Source: Octopus sinensis
Lineage: Eukaryota
Direction of reading: 5' to 3'
Length of the DNA: 64,000 bases
NCBI RefSeq assembly: GCF_006345805.1
Contig: NC_043002.1
Coordinates: 118,916,001 to 118,980,000, forward strand
A program made the translations under genes and the position numbers. Below the pieces are notes generated by a model. The model was not told the DNA's origin. It made no database searches and saw nothing but the letters and a program-made list of their open reading frames with translations. This document shows positions 1-12,903 of this stretch, one piece after another (within the stretch, counting starts at the first letter, position 1; the number at the start of each line of letters is the position of its first letter).

Positions 1-94
1 AAATGAGATGGCTGGTACTACGGTAACAGTCGATTGGTAAACCAACAATAGTCAATAAAAATTAAGAAAATGTTAAAAATGTTAATAATACACG

Positions 95-399
95 TAAAAA
101 GCACCATCTGAATCGTGGCCGAAGCCAGTGCCGCCTCGACTGGCTTCCGTGCAGGTGGCACGTAAAATGCACCAATCCGACCGTGGCCGATGCCAGCCTC
201 GCCTAGCATCAGTGCAGGTGGCACGTAAAAAGCACCCACTATACTCACGGAGTGGTTGGCGTTAGGAAGGGCATCCAGCTGTAGAAACATTGCCAGATAA
301 GACCGGAGCCTGGTGCAGCCTTCTGGCTTCCCAGATCCCCGGTCGAACCGTCCAACCCATGCTAGCATGGAGAACGGACGTTAAACGATGATGATGATG
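95..399 (+). mobile_element. Family C: RTE 3'-tail repeat ending in (ATG)n
   Basis: ggcacgtaaaaagcacc...gttaggaagggcatccagctgtagaaac...ttaaacgatgatgatga; the same tail as the RTE at 25925-26857. Confidence 0.8.
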
Positions 400-1149
400 A
401 CACTAGGAATTTTTTTTTAATTAAACACCTAATCAATTTTCTCTTAAATTTACTTCAACTATTGTTGTGCTGTACCTACGCATAGTTACAGCTGAGTGAG
501 TATATCAACCAGAAAGGTATGCAAATGTAACACAGTTCCTCACAAAAAAAAAAAAAAAAAAGAAAAAAGTAACAACCACTTCAAACAAACTAACATGAAG
601 AAATGAATATAAAATAACCAGAATAAAATTTAAGCAAAAAGCAATGGTTCTTGCTAGAACATCTGCTATAATTACAAATGGTCTGATATACAATATGTTA
701 TTACATCCATTATACAATCAAGAATGACTTCTCTTGTGTGAATACAATGAATGTTTGAAATATTGCCAGCAACCAAGTTCATACAAACACACATGTGCTA
801 AAATAGTGATGAACACAAGATAAACTTGACCCCAAAAGCCAACCCTGTTTATTCATTGTGTAAAATTAAATAATAAATATCAAATCTAATGTGCAAGATT
901 CTGTCTAACTCTACTGAAAAAAAAAGCCAAAAATTCCCTAAAGTACTTGAAATTGTTGAGATGATTATCAATAAAAAGCTTAAAAAAAGGAAATACTTTT
1001 ATGGAGTCTAACAAATTTAGTGGTGTTATAAATTTAGTTTCAAGTGTGCAACAGACTATAGTCATGTATAAATTTGAATTTAAATCATTCAAGTCTTTCA
1101 ACAGCTTCAGTCCAAAACTATATCTGGCATTTTCAAAGTTTTGAATACT

Positions 1150-1366
1150 ATTAACTGTTAGATCTATACAGCCAAAATATTCTACCTGCTTTATATTCAA
1201 ACTGAACAGATATGCCTCCACCAACATACATACACCTACTCTACAAAGTCATTCTAAAAATAAACTACCCCATCATAAAAATCTTGAAGCTGTAGAATAT
1301 GCATGATTAATTCAAAACAATGTGAACAAGCACTGCATTTAACAGAATAATCTGGATGCTAAAGTG
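1150..1366. mobile_element. Decayed TTAA MITE family 2
   Basis: Shares gcatgattaattcaaaacaatgtgaa...tctggatgctaaagtgttaa with 20483-20686. Confidence 0.55.
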
Positions 1367-1988
1367 TTAATATTTAAAGAAAAATCCATCAGAAATTCTT
1401 CAAAGCTAGTGATAATTTTAGGAGATATGATAATCTTATTTCCTTTGACATAAAAATACTATCACCACAAATATATCAAGGCACAAGCCTTGCACTATAC
1501 CCTCTCTAACTCAATACACATGTTAAACCTCATATGATCTCTCATAGCAACCCAATATACAAAACCAAATTTGCATTTCCAAAAACTAGACGGTTACTGA
1601 CTCTCTATGAGGCACAAGTGGAACATTAGCTATCTAAAACATTGCAGCCGCTATATACATAAAGATACTGGCTCATCATCATTTAACATCTGTTTTTTAT
1701 GCCAGCATAAAAGGTTGGATAGTTCGGCAGGATTGCACTGAACTCTGCTTTGACATGGTTTCTATGGTTGGATGCCCATCATAATGCCAACCACTTCAAC
1801 ATATAAAAGTAAAAGAAATTATTCACCTCACTACAACCAAAAGCCCACAGATGTACTTTCATTTTGTGAACACTTTTACTTTCACTAAAATGGTGTTCTG
1901 CTCCTCTGAACCAGCAAGCTGCTCTCTATTGTTGTCCAAACCTACAACATGCTCTCATCTGTATTTCTCTCCCAGAACTCTGCATTAA

Positions 1989-2209
1989 CCCTTTCGTTAC
2001 TGTCATTATTTTGAGATGCTCTGTGTTTCTTTCAATCACTTTAAATATAACAAAGAATTTAGTAAAATAACTTAGTTATCATTCAGCTGGTGTTAGGAAC
2101 ATAAATTGTGACTAAGGTTTGGTAGAAGATTTTAATTAAAAAATTCTGAAAACAAGACATTTGTACTAAAGAGCCAGAGCCGGTTTCAGCTGGGTTGGTA
2201 ACGAAAGGG
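1989..2209. mobile_element. piggyBac-type MITE family 1
   Basis: TTAA|CCCTTTCGTTAC...GTAACGAAAGGG|TTAA: perfect 12-bp TIRs with TTAA TSD. Confidence 0.9.
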
Positions 2210-2555
2210 TTAAATAAGTTTCCCAATCAATCTTTCCTAGGAGTTCAGCTCTTGTCAATTTTATTGCAGCTCATGTCTTTCATATAAGCATCAATCTATA
2301 AAGTTTAAGTTGAACATAAACTAAACGAATCTTCCGGTCAACCTGAGAGAGGACCTGGAAAAAAAAAAGGGGGGGGGGTCACAAACATCATCCTTACTCC
2401 TTCAACTAAATAAACATCATTGGCCACAAGAGCTCAAGCATACAATACAGAAATGTCATACAAAAAAAAAAAAGGGACTGCAGAATGTCATGCCATATAT
2501 ATATATAACAAATGTAAGGGTGTCAACAATATTAAGACAAGTTAAAGGTTTAGTA

Positions 2556-2873
2556 CATCATCATCATCGTCGTCGTCTAACGTCCGCTCTCCATGCTGGC
2601 ATGGGTTGGACGGCTTGACTGAGGACTGGCCAGCCAGATGGCTGCACCAGGTTCCAATCTGATCTGGCTGAGTTTCTACAGCTGGATGCCCTTCCTAATG
2701 CCAACCACTCCGAGAGTGTAGAAGGTGCTTTTACGTGCCACCGGCACAAGGGCAAGTCAGGTGGTACTGGCAACAGCCACACTCAAATGGTGTTTTTTAC
2801 GTGCCACCTGCAGAGGGGCCAGTCCAGCAGCACTGGCAACGACCTCACTCGAATGTTGTTTTTCACATGCCAC
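2556..2873 (-). mobile_element. Family C RTE-tail repeat
   Basis: Reverse copy starting catcatcatcatcgtc; truncated by the solo LTR. Confidence 0.8.
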
Positions 2874-3357
2874 TGTAATAGAACTGGTTGATTCTTTACA
2901 CTGTTTGGGTGCAACCAATTTCCTTTCTTTAATTTCCACAAACTACCAGTCAGGAACAAGAACGCAACCTTAAAAATATATATAACTCTTTATTTTCTTA
3001 TTTACTAAAGAAGTACGTTGGTATATTGGTATCCACTTGGTTCGATATAGCAAGGCTGAACTTTAACGTTTGTAAGATAAACCTCACAACAAATTCAGCA
3101 GCAACAGAGCAGGTCAAATCCTAAGCGTCTGGGACAGGAGAATAGGCTGATCACACGTTTAACACGTCCTTTCACTTCAATAGCCGTGTCTCAAGTCAAC
3201 GACGCTAAACAAGGAACGCGATAGAAATTTCTTCCCCAGTCTCTTGCGCATGTGCATGAGGGAACTTCCTTAGGCCTTTCCAGAAGGTTCCAGCCCCGCA
3301 CACGCACACTGAAGAATGACGTTGCGTGTGCGCACACTGGAAAATGACGTCACTACA
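2874..3357 (-). mobile_element. Solo LTR (Ty3/gypsy-like), 484 bp
   Basis: TGTA...TACA termini, 4-bp TSD CCAC (2870-2873, 3358-3361), AATAAA on the minus strand near 2990, CpG-rich. Interrupts an RTE-tail repeat. Confidence 0.7.
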
Positions 3358-3537
3358 CCACCTACCTATATATATATATATATATATGGGTGAGAAGCAT
3401 TTACGTAGGTAGATCAAAACACCCACACAAGACTGACCACTCCAGCCAACTTCTACAAATTAGGTTCACCAAATCTGCCGGCCAACATCTTTAGTTTTGA
3501 CTGACTCTCAAAGTTTTTCACAACAGCACATCTTTAG

Positions 3538-3912
3538 CAATGGCCCATTGGTTAGGGCAGCGGACTCGCGGTCGTAGGACCGCAGTTTCGATTCCCAGAC
3601 CGGGCGTTGTGAGTGTTTATTGAGCGAAAACACCTAAAAAGCTCCACGAGGCTCCGGCAGAGGGGGGAGGGTGATCCAGCTGTACTCTTTCGCCACAACT
3701 TTCTCTCACTCTTACTTCCTGTTTCTGTTGTACCTGTATTTCAAAGGGCCGGCCTTGTCACTCTCTGTGTCACGCTGAATATCCCCGAGAACTACGTTAA
3801 GGGTGCACGTGTCTGTGGAGTGCTCAGCCACTTACACGTTAATTTCACGAGCAGGCTGTTCCGTTGATCGGATCAACCAGAACCCTCGTCGTCGTAACCG
3901 ACGGAGTGCTTC
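3538..3912 (+). mobile_element. SINE family D (tRNA-derived head, possibly tRNA-Arg-related)
   Basis: atggcccattggttagggcagcggactcgcggtc...gtttcgattccc (A/B boxes), then a ~300-bp body; CpG-rich. Confidence 0.7.
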
Positions 3913-4589
3913 CATCCAGCTGCTGTCAGACTTCTTGTGTGGGGCTTTTACCAAAAATGTATCATATTGCTGTCCAATGTACTAATCACTTCCTCAATAA
4001 TCAAAATGTGCTTTTGCTCCTCTTCAGCTCAATCTGCATCAAGTCCTCATTACTGGAGGTCCAATACCTTTCTGCAGAGGATTTGTTTTTTAGACAAGGA
4101 CCATTCGTTTCCTTATGTACTTCCCAAAGCAGTTTCCTCCCTTTCTCCAAGCTACATCTCCACTCCATAATCTGAAGACAATTCTAACTGCTACAAGGAG
4201 TCACTTGCTAGCCTTATGCATTTGTGAGTTCTCAGTACCCTATTTCATCACTCAGCACCCTTCCCACTGTACTGGTGACACAGAGGCAAAGACAATTCCA
4301 CTTATCTTTTCTTTCAATCTAACTACCCATGGAGCTGCAACTGGTGGTACTCTGAGTCTTCATTCACCTCTGATGCCTGCCTCTGTGGTTGTTGTTGCTG
4401 CCTAGTTTTGTTTTAACACTATTGGACAGAAAGCCCTCAAGTGGCCTTTATTGGGCTTTCTGCCCTGCACTCCTAGTCTAACTGACTATTTCCCTTTGTA
4501 CTCAATAGTTACCCACTGTGTGCCACAAAGATAAGCCAAACGTCAACATTAGTACCAATATCTCTGGACAAAACATACCCTTTTCTTAA

Positions 4590-4786
4590 CTGAATAGCAT
4601 TCAAAATAACCATGTGGCCAAAACATTCTAACCAGCCAGATCCAGCCTCTCACACATACCCTAAAACATCATTCTAAAAATAGTCACATCATCAAAATCT
4701 CAAAACTGCAACATAATGCATGATTAATTCAAAATAACGTGAATAAATAAGCATTAGGTTTGACAGTAATCTGAATACTTAGGGAT
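4590..4786. mobile_element. Decayed TTAA MITE family 2
   Basis: Shares ccagccagatccagcct...atgcatgattaattcaaaataa...tgacagtaatctgaat with 20483-20686. Confidence 0.55.
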
Positions 4787-4862
4787 TAAAGTAGTCCTAG
4801 AAGAAAATACCTCCAGAGTGGAGTTTTGTGAAGACACATCAAAAGCAAGCCACATTAATTTA

Positions 4863-5108
4863 CATCATCATCATCATCGTTTAACGTCCGTTCTCCATGC
4901 ATGCATGGGTTGGACGGTTCAACCGGGAATCTGGGAAGCCAGAAGGCTGCACCAGGCTCCAGTCTTATCTGGCAATGTTTCTACAGCTGGATGCCCTTCC
5001 TAACGCCAACCACTCCGTGAGTGTAGTGGTGCTTTTTACGTGCCACCTGCACAGGTGCCAGGCGAGGCTGGCAACGGCCACGGTCGGATTGGTGCATTTT
5101 ACGTGCCA
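4863..5108 (-). mobile_element. Family C RTE-tail repeat
   Basis: Reverse complement of 95-399. Confidence 0.8.
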
Positions 5109-5316
5109 ATAGGTTCATATCTAGACATTTTGTGGGAAGGGAGTAGTCAATTTGTGGGGAGGGAGTTGCCTGCAGAAGTTGAATGGTCTTAGAATCAGAA
5201 GTTGATGGATGAACGACGGTCTTGCCAAACGCTACTGATTTTAGCAATCTACTTCTCAAATAATAAACTCTGATACTGGCACAAAACAACAACAACAACA
5301 ATAAATAAATGCTTAC

Positions 5317-5461
5317 CTTTTAGAATATCTAGACATATCCTGCCAAGTTTATCTATATTTGGATGATATATTTTTGTCAGAAATCTCACTTTTGGTGCTG
5401 ACATAGGATATTCTTCCGGAAGAAAGAGTTCTAGATTAAAAACACCTCCCTCATACGGAGA
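5317..5461 (-). CDS. UBE2N: UBE2N coding exon 3 (HPN motif and catalytic Cys); gene continues beyond the window start
   Basis: tctcttccag | [48 protein letters not shown]+G | gtaagc. 145 nt, phase 0/1. No exon encoding the expected DKWSPALQIRTVLL continuation was seen in 1-5316. Confidence 0.97.
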
Positions 5462-5644
5462 CTGGAAGAGAAATAAAAAAAATTAAGGTTAAATAATATC
5501 AAAATTGGAGATATATATAATAAAAAATATTGGTTTCAATATATCCTTTAACAATAATTTAGCTATAGTTCAATAGCTTTATTCTACATTGATCTTTTCT
5601 AAGTACATAACTAACAAGTGTTCTTACATTCTTATTACAAGCCC

Positions 5645-5870
5645 CCTATTTCTTTACTACCCACAAGGGGTTAAACACAGAGGGAACAAACAAGGACAGA
5701 CAAACGGAATAAAACGATTACATCAACCCCAACTGGTACTTAATTTATCGACCCCGAAAGGATGAAAGGCAAAGTCGACCTCGACGGAATTTGAACTCAG
5801 AACGTAACGTCAGATGAAATACGGCTACGTATTTCGCCCGGCGTGCTAACATTTCTGCCAGCTCACCGCC
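5645..5870 (-). mobile_element. SINE family B
   Basis: Same consensus, reversed. Confidence 0.85.
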
Positions 5871-6177
5871 CCCACCACACAAGTTTCTCTTACACTATGT
5901 CATAGTCATTAGTAATAAATCTCAGTTTACTCACATTATAAATCCACTAAACAAAATTACTTTGAAAGGAATGAAAGATTAAAATATTTAGTTCCATAAA
6001 TACCACTTTTTCTCTCCCTTGTTAAGCTTATTTCCTAAGATTTCACCTTTCTAGGTATATCTGTAACTAATTTCTTTTTATCACTTAGTGAAGAAAGGAC
6101 AGAATGTACAACTTTATTCAAGGCCTGCAAGACTGATGAAAGAGAGAAAATTATCCTCAAATCGGGTCTGACCAGAA

Positions 6178-6563
6178 TCATCATCATCGTTTAAACGTCT
6201 GTTTTCCGCACTAGCACGGGTTGGACGGTTCGACCAGGGTCTGGGAAGCCAGGGGCTGCACCAGGCTCCAGTCTGATCTGGCAGAGTTTCTACAGCTGGA
6301 TGCCCTTCCTAACGCCAACCACTCTGTGAGTGTAGTGGGTGCTTTTTACGTGCACCCGCACAGGTGCCGGGGGGGGGGGTCCAGCATCGGCCACAATCGG
6401 TTGGAGCTTTTAACGAGCCACCAGCACGGAAGCCAGCCAAGGCGGCACTGGCAATGGCCACGTTCAGATGGTGCTTTTTATGTGCCACTGGCACTGGAGC
6501 CAGTCGAGGCAGCGCTGGCATCGGCCACATTCGGATGGTGCTTTTTATGTGCCACCAGCACAG
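6178..6563 (-). mobile_element. Family C RTE-tail repeat with internal ~58-bp subrepeats
   Basis: Tail plus repeated ggcatcggccac...gatggtgctttttatgtgccac units. Confidence 0.8.
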
Positions 6564-7614
6564 TTTGCAAAAAAAAGACTCTGCTTCTAACATCACCCAC
6601 AAATCAGTTAAACTCAAACAGATAAAGTCAAGCACCCAGGAACATGAACAACATTCCTGACAAGCTTCCACACATTTTCTGATTACCAAATTTCATTCCC
6701 AATTCTTACATTGAGCAAGAGTCTTCTATCACAGCTGTTGGCTAAAGTACCGCTCCAAAACCATATATTGTGGCAAAGCAAGCACCTTACCATACAGCCA
6801 GTCTTTTAATAAGAACATGCTCAACAGATATAAACTCTCTAGAGTATCAAATTAAAACACAGTGCAGTTTTAAAAATTTAGACTATAGAGAATATGTAAA
6901 TGAATTTTTCTAGATTAAAACTATTGTTTTAAATGTGTTGATAATCCTTTTTTTTAACCCAAATGCAAGCTTAGGAAGTTTCAGAGACGTGGCAATTTCT
7001 TGTTAAAGAAATGCAGAAGTGTCCCTACCACAATAAGAATTTTCATCTAGACACATTCCACAAAAGTGAAGGCAAAAGACCAAGTAGGTAAGGCACTGAA
7101 ATACCAGCATATGGTTGAAAGTTCAAATTCACTGCAGATGTTTTTAGCATCTCTCACAAAAGCATTAGCCAGGTTTATGAATATGCCTTTTTTTTAATAT
7201 AAAAACATGGCTGTGGTTTCCACAACATTTAATTTAACAGAAAAGTTTTATATTGACACCAGTGCACAACTGGTACTTACTCTGAAAGGACGAAAGCTGA
7301 CCCCAACAATGTTTGAACTAAGAACATAAAGATGGGTGAAATGCCCCTAAGCATTTTGCCCAGTGTGCAGCAATGGTTCTGCCAATAAAGCTAACTAAAC
7401 ATCCATTGTAATGCTTATTGATGGAGTCACAGAAGCATTTCTTGATTGTGCCTTTTGGATATTGGCCTTCAAGTTCAGAGTATCTCTTTAGACAGTCTTG
7501 TAACTGGCATTTTTTTCTTACATGCCCCAGTAGTCATTGGACAGTATATTGTTGATCATGTAGTCATTTCATTTTATGTTTAGGAGTGTCAATGTATTTT
7601 ATGCTAATATGTTG

Positions 7615-7786
7615 TAGTGGCTGTGTGGTAAGTAGCTTGCTTACCAACCACATGGTTCCGGGTTCAGTCCCACTGCGTGGCACCTTGGGCAAGTGTCTTC
7701 TGCTATAACCTCAGGCCGACCAATGCCTTGTGAGTGGATTTGGTAGACGGAAACTGAAAGAAGCCCATCGTATATTTGTATGTATG

Positions 7787-7821
<35 letters not shown>

Positions 7822-8022
7822 TTGTGTGTCTGTGTTTGTCCCCCCAACATTGTTCGACAACCGATGCTGGTGTGTTTATGTCCCCGTTACTTAGCGGTTC
7901 GGCAAATGAGACCGATAGAATAAGTACTGGGCTTACAAAGAATAAGTCCCGGGGTCGAGTTGCTCGACTAAAGGCGGTGCTCCAGTATGGTCGCAGTCAA
8001 CTGACTGAAAAGAGTAAAGAGT
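7615..8022 (+). mobile_element. SINE family A (tRNA-related head, internal TA/TG microsatellite, ~400 bp)
   Basis: gtggctgtgtggtaagtagcttgc (A-box-like)...gggttcagtccc (B-box-like)...ccttgggcaagtg...ctccagcatggccgcagtcaaatgactgaaac tail. More than 12 copies in the window. Confidence 0.88.
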
Positions 8023-8496
8023 ATGTCTCATATTGTAGAAAGCACAAGTCTGATAAACCAAAACATTCATTTTGAATCTCAATTTTATGGGTTTAAAAGC
8101 AAGTGTGATAGATACTCAGTGCATTGTGGGATAAGGACTACTAGCTGTTCAGTGTGTTGTGGGATAAAGATGAGTGGCTGCTCACAATGCACTGGTGAGA
8201 CCTCAAAAACTAAATAGGGGGCTAAACAAGATGAATTCACAGCACACACAGAAAATATCAGGTCATTAAAAATGAAATGTCCAATTTTGAACTGAAAGTT
8301 TATTTTACTTTATCTCAACAAAAAGCAATCCAGTTAATCGAAGTATGCACCTAAATTACCAACATAATTTTGCCATTTTATCGGTAGCTTATTTCTACCA
8401 GCAGCAAAGAATTCTGGAGAGCAAGATGTGATGAAATCACAAAAGGTTCTTTTTGCACCTTATTTGAAGCATTTTTCCTTGCAAAATGTTGTCTTC

Positions 8497-8893
8497 TGTG
8501 TGGTAAGTAGCTTGTTTACCAATCACATGGTTCCGGGTTCAGTCCCACTGCGTGGCACCTTGGGCAAGTGTCTTCTGCTATAGCCCCGGGCCGACCAAAG
8601 CCTTGTGAGTGGATTTGGTAGATGGAAACTGAAAGAAGCCCATCATATATATGTATATATATATGTATGCGTGTGTGTGTTTGTGTGTCTGTGTTTGTCC
8701 CCCTAGTATTGCTTGACAACCGATGCTGGTGTGTTTATGTCTCCGTTACCTAGCGGTTGGGCAAAAGAGACCGATAGAATAAGTACTGGGCTTACAAAAA
8801 AAAAAAATGTCCCGGGGTCGAGTTGCTCAATTAAAGGCGGTGCTCCAGCATGGCTTCAGTCAAATGACTGAAACAAATAGAAGAGTAAAAGAG
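8497..8893 (+). mobile_element. SINE family A, nested in the mariner
   Basis: Same consensus as 7615-8022. Confidence 0.88.
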
Positions 8894-9864
8894 TTATGCC
8901 TAGAAAACATGATAATCAGTTGGTGCAAGGTCTGGTGAATATGGTGGATGACAGAGTTCTTCCAAGTCCAGTTCCTGTAACTTGAGTAGCATTCTTCATA
9001 CATGTGGTCGAGCATAGTCTCGCAAGAGAATTGGCCTGTCTCTGTTGACCAATATCAGTTGTTTAATTGAATGTTTACTCATCATTTCATCCAATTGGTT
9101 GACTTACTGCAATTGACTTACCAGGTCTCATGAAGTTGTAATGAATGACACCAGCACTGGACCACCAGACAGACACCATTAGCTATTTTTGGATTGTGTT
9201 TTGGCACTTCGTCTCTGTCCAACTGCCATGCAGAATGTTTGCTATTGCTGAAAAGAATCCATTTTGCATCATACGTAACAATACGATGCAAAAATGATTC
9301 GCTTTTATGCCGTGACAGCAAAGAACGGCAATTTCCAAGACTATGTTTCATTTGATGCTCATTCAGTCCATGTGGTACCTATTTGGCCAGTTTTTTTTTA
9401 ATTTGCCGATTTGTTTCAGATGGTCCAATACAGTTGGAATCAAAACATCAAACCTTGCTGCTAACTTATGCGTAGTTTGAGATATATCTGTTTCCACTAC
9501 AGTTTCCAGCTCATCATTATCCACCTTTGTCTCAGGTCTAACACGGGGCTGATTTTCAAGAGCAAAGTCATCAGACCAGAACTCCCCAAACCATCCACGT
9601 ACAGTGCACTCGTTCACCACATCCTCAAACACCTCATTGATGTTTCAAGCTCGGAACTCATTAATAAACAATACGCATTTTTGATTTATCCATGGGTTCA
9701 CAAAAATTGATTTAAAAGAGAAAACTCAATATAAGACACCAAGAATTGCATTTCGAAAAGTGATGCTGTAACTCTTCAATGTTGTAAAACAAAGAATTGT
9801 CAGGATAAAACAGTTAACAACTGTCAAACTTGGTGCATAAGAAAATTAGACATTTCATTCTTAA

Positions 9865-10072
9865 CCCTTTCGTTACCGTATTTATTTTGAGATGCTCTGA
9901 GTTTCTTTCAATTATTTTAAATATGACAAAGAATTTAGTAAAATAACTTATTAAGCTAGTGTTAGGAATATAAATTGTGACTAAGGTTTGGTGGAAGATT
10001 TTAATTCAAAACTTATGAAAACAAGACATTTGTACTACAGAGCCGGTTTCAGCCGGGTTGGTATCAAAAGGG
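9865..10072. mobile_element. piggyBac-type MITE family 1, inserted in the mariner TIR
   Basis: Same sequence as 1989-2209; left TTAA intact, right TTAA eroded. Confidence 0.85.
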
Positions 10073-10947
10073 ATGACCTGATAGTAAACAAAACTGAACA
10101 ATATACAATCCACTCACAGGCGCACCACTTATAGTCAAAAGAATGATGAACATTAGTGTTCAAACAATATATAAGATCCATCATTGGATCATCTAAGTAC
10201 TAAATAAACTCCAACCTAAAATGGTACACCTCACTTCCCTGTAGCTGCAGATGAACTATGCCTACAGGCAACCTATATAAAGAAACGAAAATACTCAAAA
10301 TGAAAGACTAAAGGTTTAGTAAATTGAAACATAGGCAAAAAAAAAAAAATTATTGAATTTACACTATCAAAAATGAGAGATTAAATTGCGGTACACTAAA
10401 ACCAAAATCACGACTATTTTGTTTATCAATTTGCAAATTAATCATACAAGAAAATAATGTTATATCTTTGAAACAATATTTAGTATCCAAATCAGTTTGT
10501 GACCCAAACTAACTGCTAATCTTGATGGCTTTTATTAACAGAAGGAAAAAAAAAACAATGATTTGGAGACAAGCTTAAAGAAAAACAGTCAGTTTTAAAT
10601 AGCAGCTTAGCAAAATATTACCATTAGCTAATCTTGATGGCAAAATAAATTCAGTACGGTAACATTGGAATCCTTCATATCAGTTTCACTAACTATTTTT
10701 GTTCAAAGAAGTCACCTAAATGTGTCTCCTTTTGGGTGAGTTTACATAACTAATCACTTCATTCAAGGCCACAGTATGCAGATCAATACTCATTGCTTCC
10801 AATAATATATCTTCATTCAAAACACTGGTGTATACAATATTAACTCCAACATCAGTTTTAAAAGCATTTTTTTCACTGTGGTATAGATTAAATATCCATT
10901 GAAAGCAAGACAGTCCAAGGAGGTTCTCTTCTGAAACCTACACAATA

Positions 10948-11301
10948 GGCACAGGAGTGGCTGTGTGGTAAGTAGCTTGCTAACCAACCACATGGTTCCG
11001 GGTTCAGTCCCACTGTGTGGCATCTTGGGCAAGTGTCTTCTACTATAGCCTCGGGCCGACCAAAGCCTTGTGAGTGGATTTGGTAGATGGAAACTGAAAG
11101 AAGCCTGTCGTATATATGTATATGTATGTGCGTGTACGCTTGTGTGTCTGTGTTTGTCCCCCTAGCATTGCTTGACAACCGATGCTGGTGTGTTTACGTC
11201 CCCGTCACTTAGCAGTTCGGCAAAAGAGACCGATGGAATAAGTACTGGGCTTACAAAGAATAAGTCCCGGGGTCGATTTGCGGAGATATGAAAGTAATAC
11301 T
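10948..11301 (+). mobile_element. SINE family A (3'-truncated)
   Basis: Same consensus. Confidence 0.88.
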
Positions 11302-11667
11302 TGTATATAATGTATGGTGAATTCATGGAAAGAAGTCCCATAAACTCAATTTATTTTAAAATGGAGGCAACAGAAAAGGAAAATAGCAGAAAAATTGAAT
11401 CTAGGAGATTCCTATTTTTATCCTTGTGAGAAAGATGTGAGTCATAACTAAGGGATATAACAGTTATTTGAAGATATAAGAGGTATCAGAGACGTTCCCC
11501 CTATAAATGAGTACAAAAATTAAAAATTTTAATCCAAATAAGTAGCGTAGTGGGTGGGGTTGTGGTGTTATGTCTATATTTTTTGGGAATAATAGACATA
11601 ACACCACCCACTCCTGCAAAAAAATTTTTAAAATTTTTTTTTAAATTGTATAGTATAGTACAACATA

Positions 11668-11962
11668 GGCGCAGGAGTGGCTGTGTGGTAAGTAGCTTGC
11701 TAACCAGCCACATGGTTCAGGGTTCAGTCCCACTGTGTGGCATCTTGGGCAAGTGTCTTCTACTATACCCTCGGGCCGACCAATGCCTTGTGAGTGGATT
11801 TGGTAGACGGAAACTGAAAGAAGCCCATCGTATATATGTATATGCGTGTGTGCGTCTGTGTTTGTCCCCCTAGCATTGCTTGACAACCGATGCTGGTGTG
11901 TTTATGTCCCCGTCACTTAGCGGTTCGGCAAAAGAGACCGATAGAATAAGTACTGGGCTTAC
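11668..11962 (+). mobile_element. SINE family A (5' part)
   Basis: Same consensus; breaks after gggcttac. Confidence 0.88.
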
Positions 11963-12903
11963 TATGTATTAGAAATGTCCAATGGAAAGACACTTCTAGG
12001 TTTCAATTAAAATACGAACTGATCGTTGAAATCATTACGTGGTGTAATGTATTTTTTAAAAGAAATTTCTATACATAAGAATGAAGTTTATCATGAGGAG
12101 GAGATGGTACAAAAAGAGCCAAAAGTAGATAAGTTAATGTAAACAAACAGTAGGAGAAATAGAGAGGTAAAAAAAAAAGGGGGGCTAAAGATAGAATAAT
12201 GTATAAAAGGGACTTAAGTTTGCATAAAGATTAATATTCATTAGTATGGATTAAATAGAATGCAGAAAAATAAGTAAAGAAAGACAAATAGCTGTTAATA
12301 TTACAAATAAAATAATATATACTTGGTGTGACTAATTAAGATAAAAAAAAGTGAAATTGAAATAGGGAATAAAGATAGGAATAAGAAAAAAAAATTAATT
12401 AATTAATGGCAGTGCCCCAGCATGGCCACAGCTTGTGAGCTGAAACTAGATAAAAAAAGAAATGTAAGGGAGATAAATGAGTTGGGAAGAAAAGTTTTAA
12501 AAAAGTTTATTTTATTGATGTGTTGTTAGGTTATACAGTAGATGTGTTTTGGTATAAATAAAATATATATTTTAGATGTAATAATCTAGCTTAGTATTAT
12601 GGGAGAAGGATATGTAATGATAGTATGGTCGTAGTGGTATTCAAGCTATTAGGGTGTAGTGTCAGTTATGAATATAAGAAACTGTACGAGTAGGAGGTGC
12701 ACATAAGTGAACAACAATTTATACATAATGTAAGAGAAAAATAATCTAAGAAGAAGAGTGTGTATTTACTCGTGTGTAGGAGGCATATTTGCAGACTAGT
12801 ATATACAGATACTGGAATTCTAGTCGTTGTACGATTAGGGTATACATATAGAAGAAAACACTGTACAAATATACACATACAGATATAAATACACACACAT
12901 AAT

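Larger units (their letters stand above)
8258..10081 (-). mobile_element. Decayed full-length mariner (Tc1/mariner) DNA transposon with a nested SINE and a nested MITE
   Basis: Transposase remnants ECTVRGWFGEFWSDDFALENQPRVRPETKVDNDEL and FLHRIVTYDAKWILFSN (cf. IVTGDEKW). Left TIR TA|TCAGGTCATTAAAAATGAAATGTCCAATTT at 8258. Right TIR split into 9843-9864 and 10074-10081, followed by TA. Confidence 0.88.

Noticed and set aside
3538-3605. tRNA gene
   Set aside because: A/B boxes are present, but there is no clean cloverleaf or acceptor stem and the sequence continues into a SINE body.
1-5316. UBE2N exon 4 (DKWSPALQIRTVLL...)
   Set aside because: Not found by manual reading; it probably lies outside the window.
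12460-12900. Possible NUMT (strand-skewed AT-rich DNA)
   Set aside because: No recognisable mitochondrial gene, tRNA or rRNA motif.
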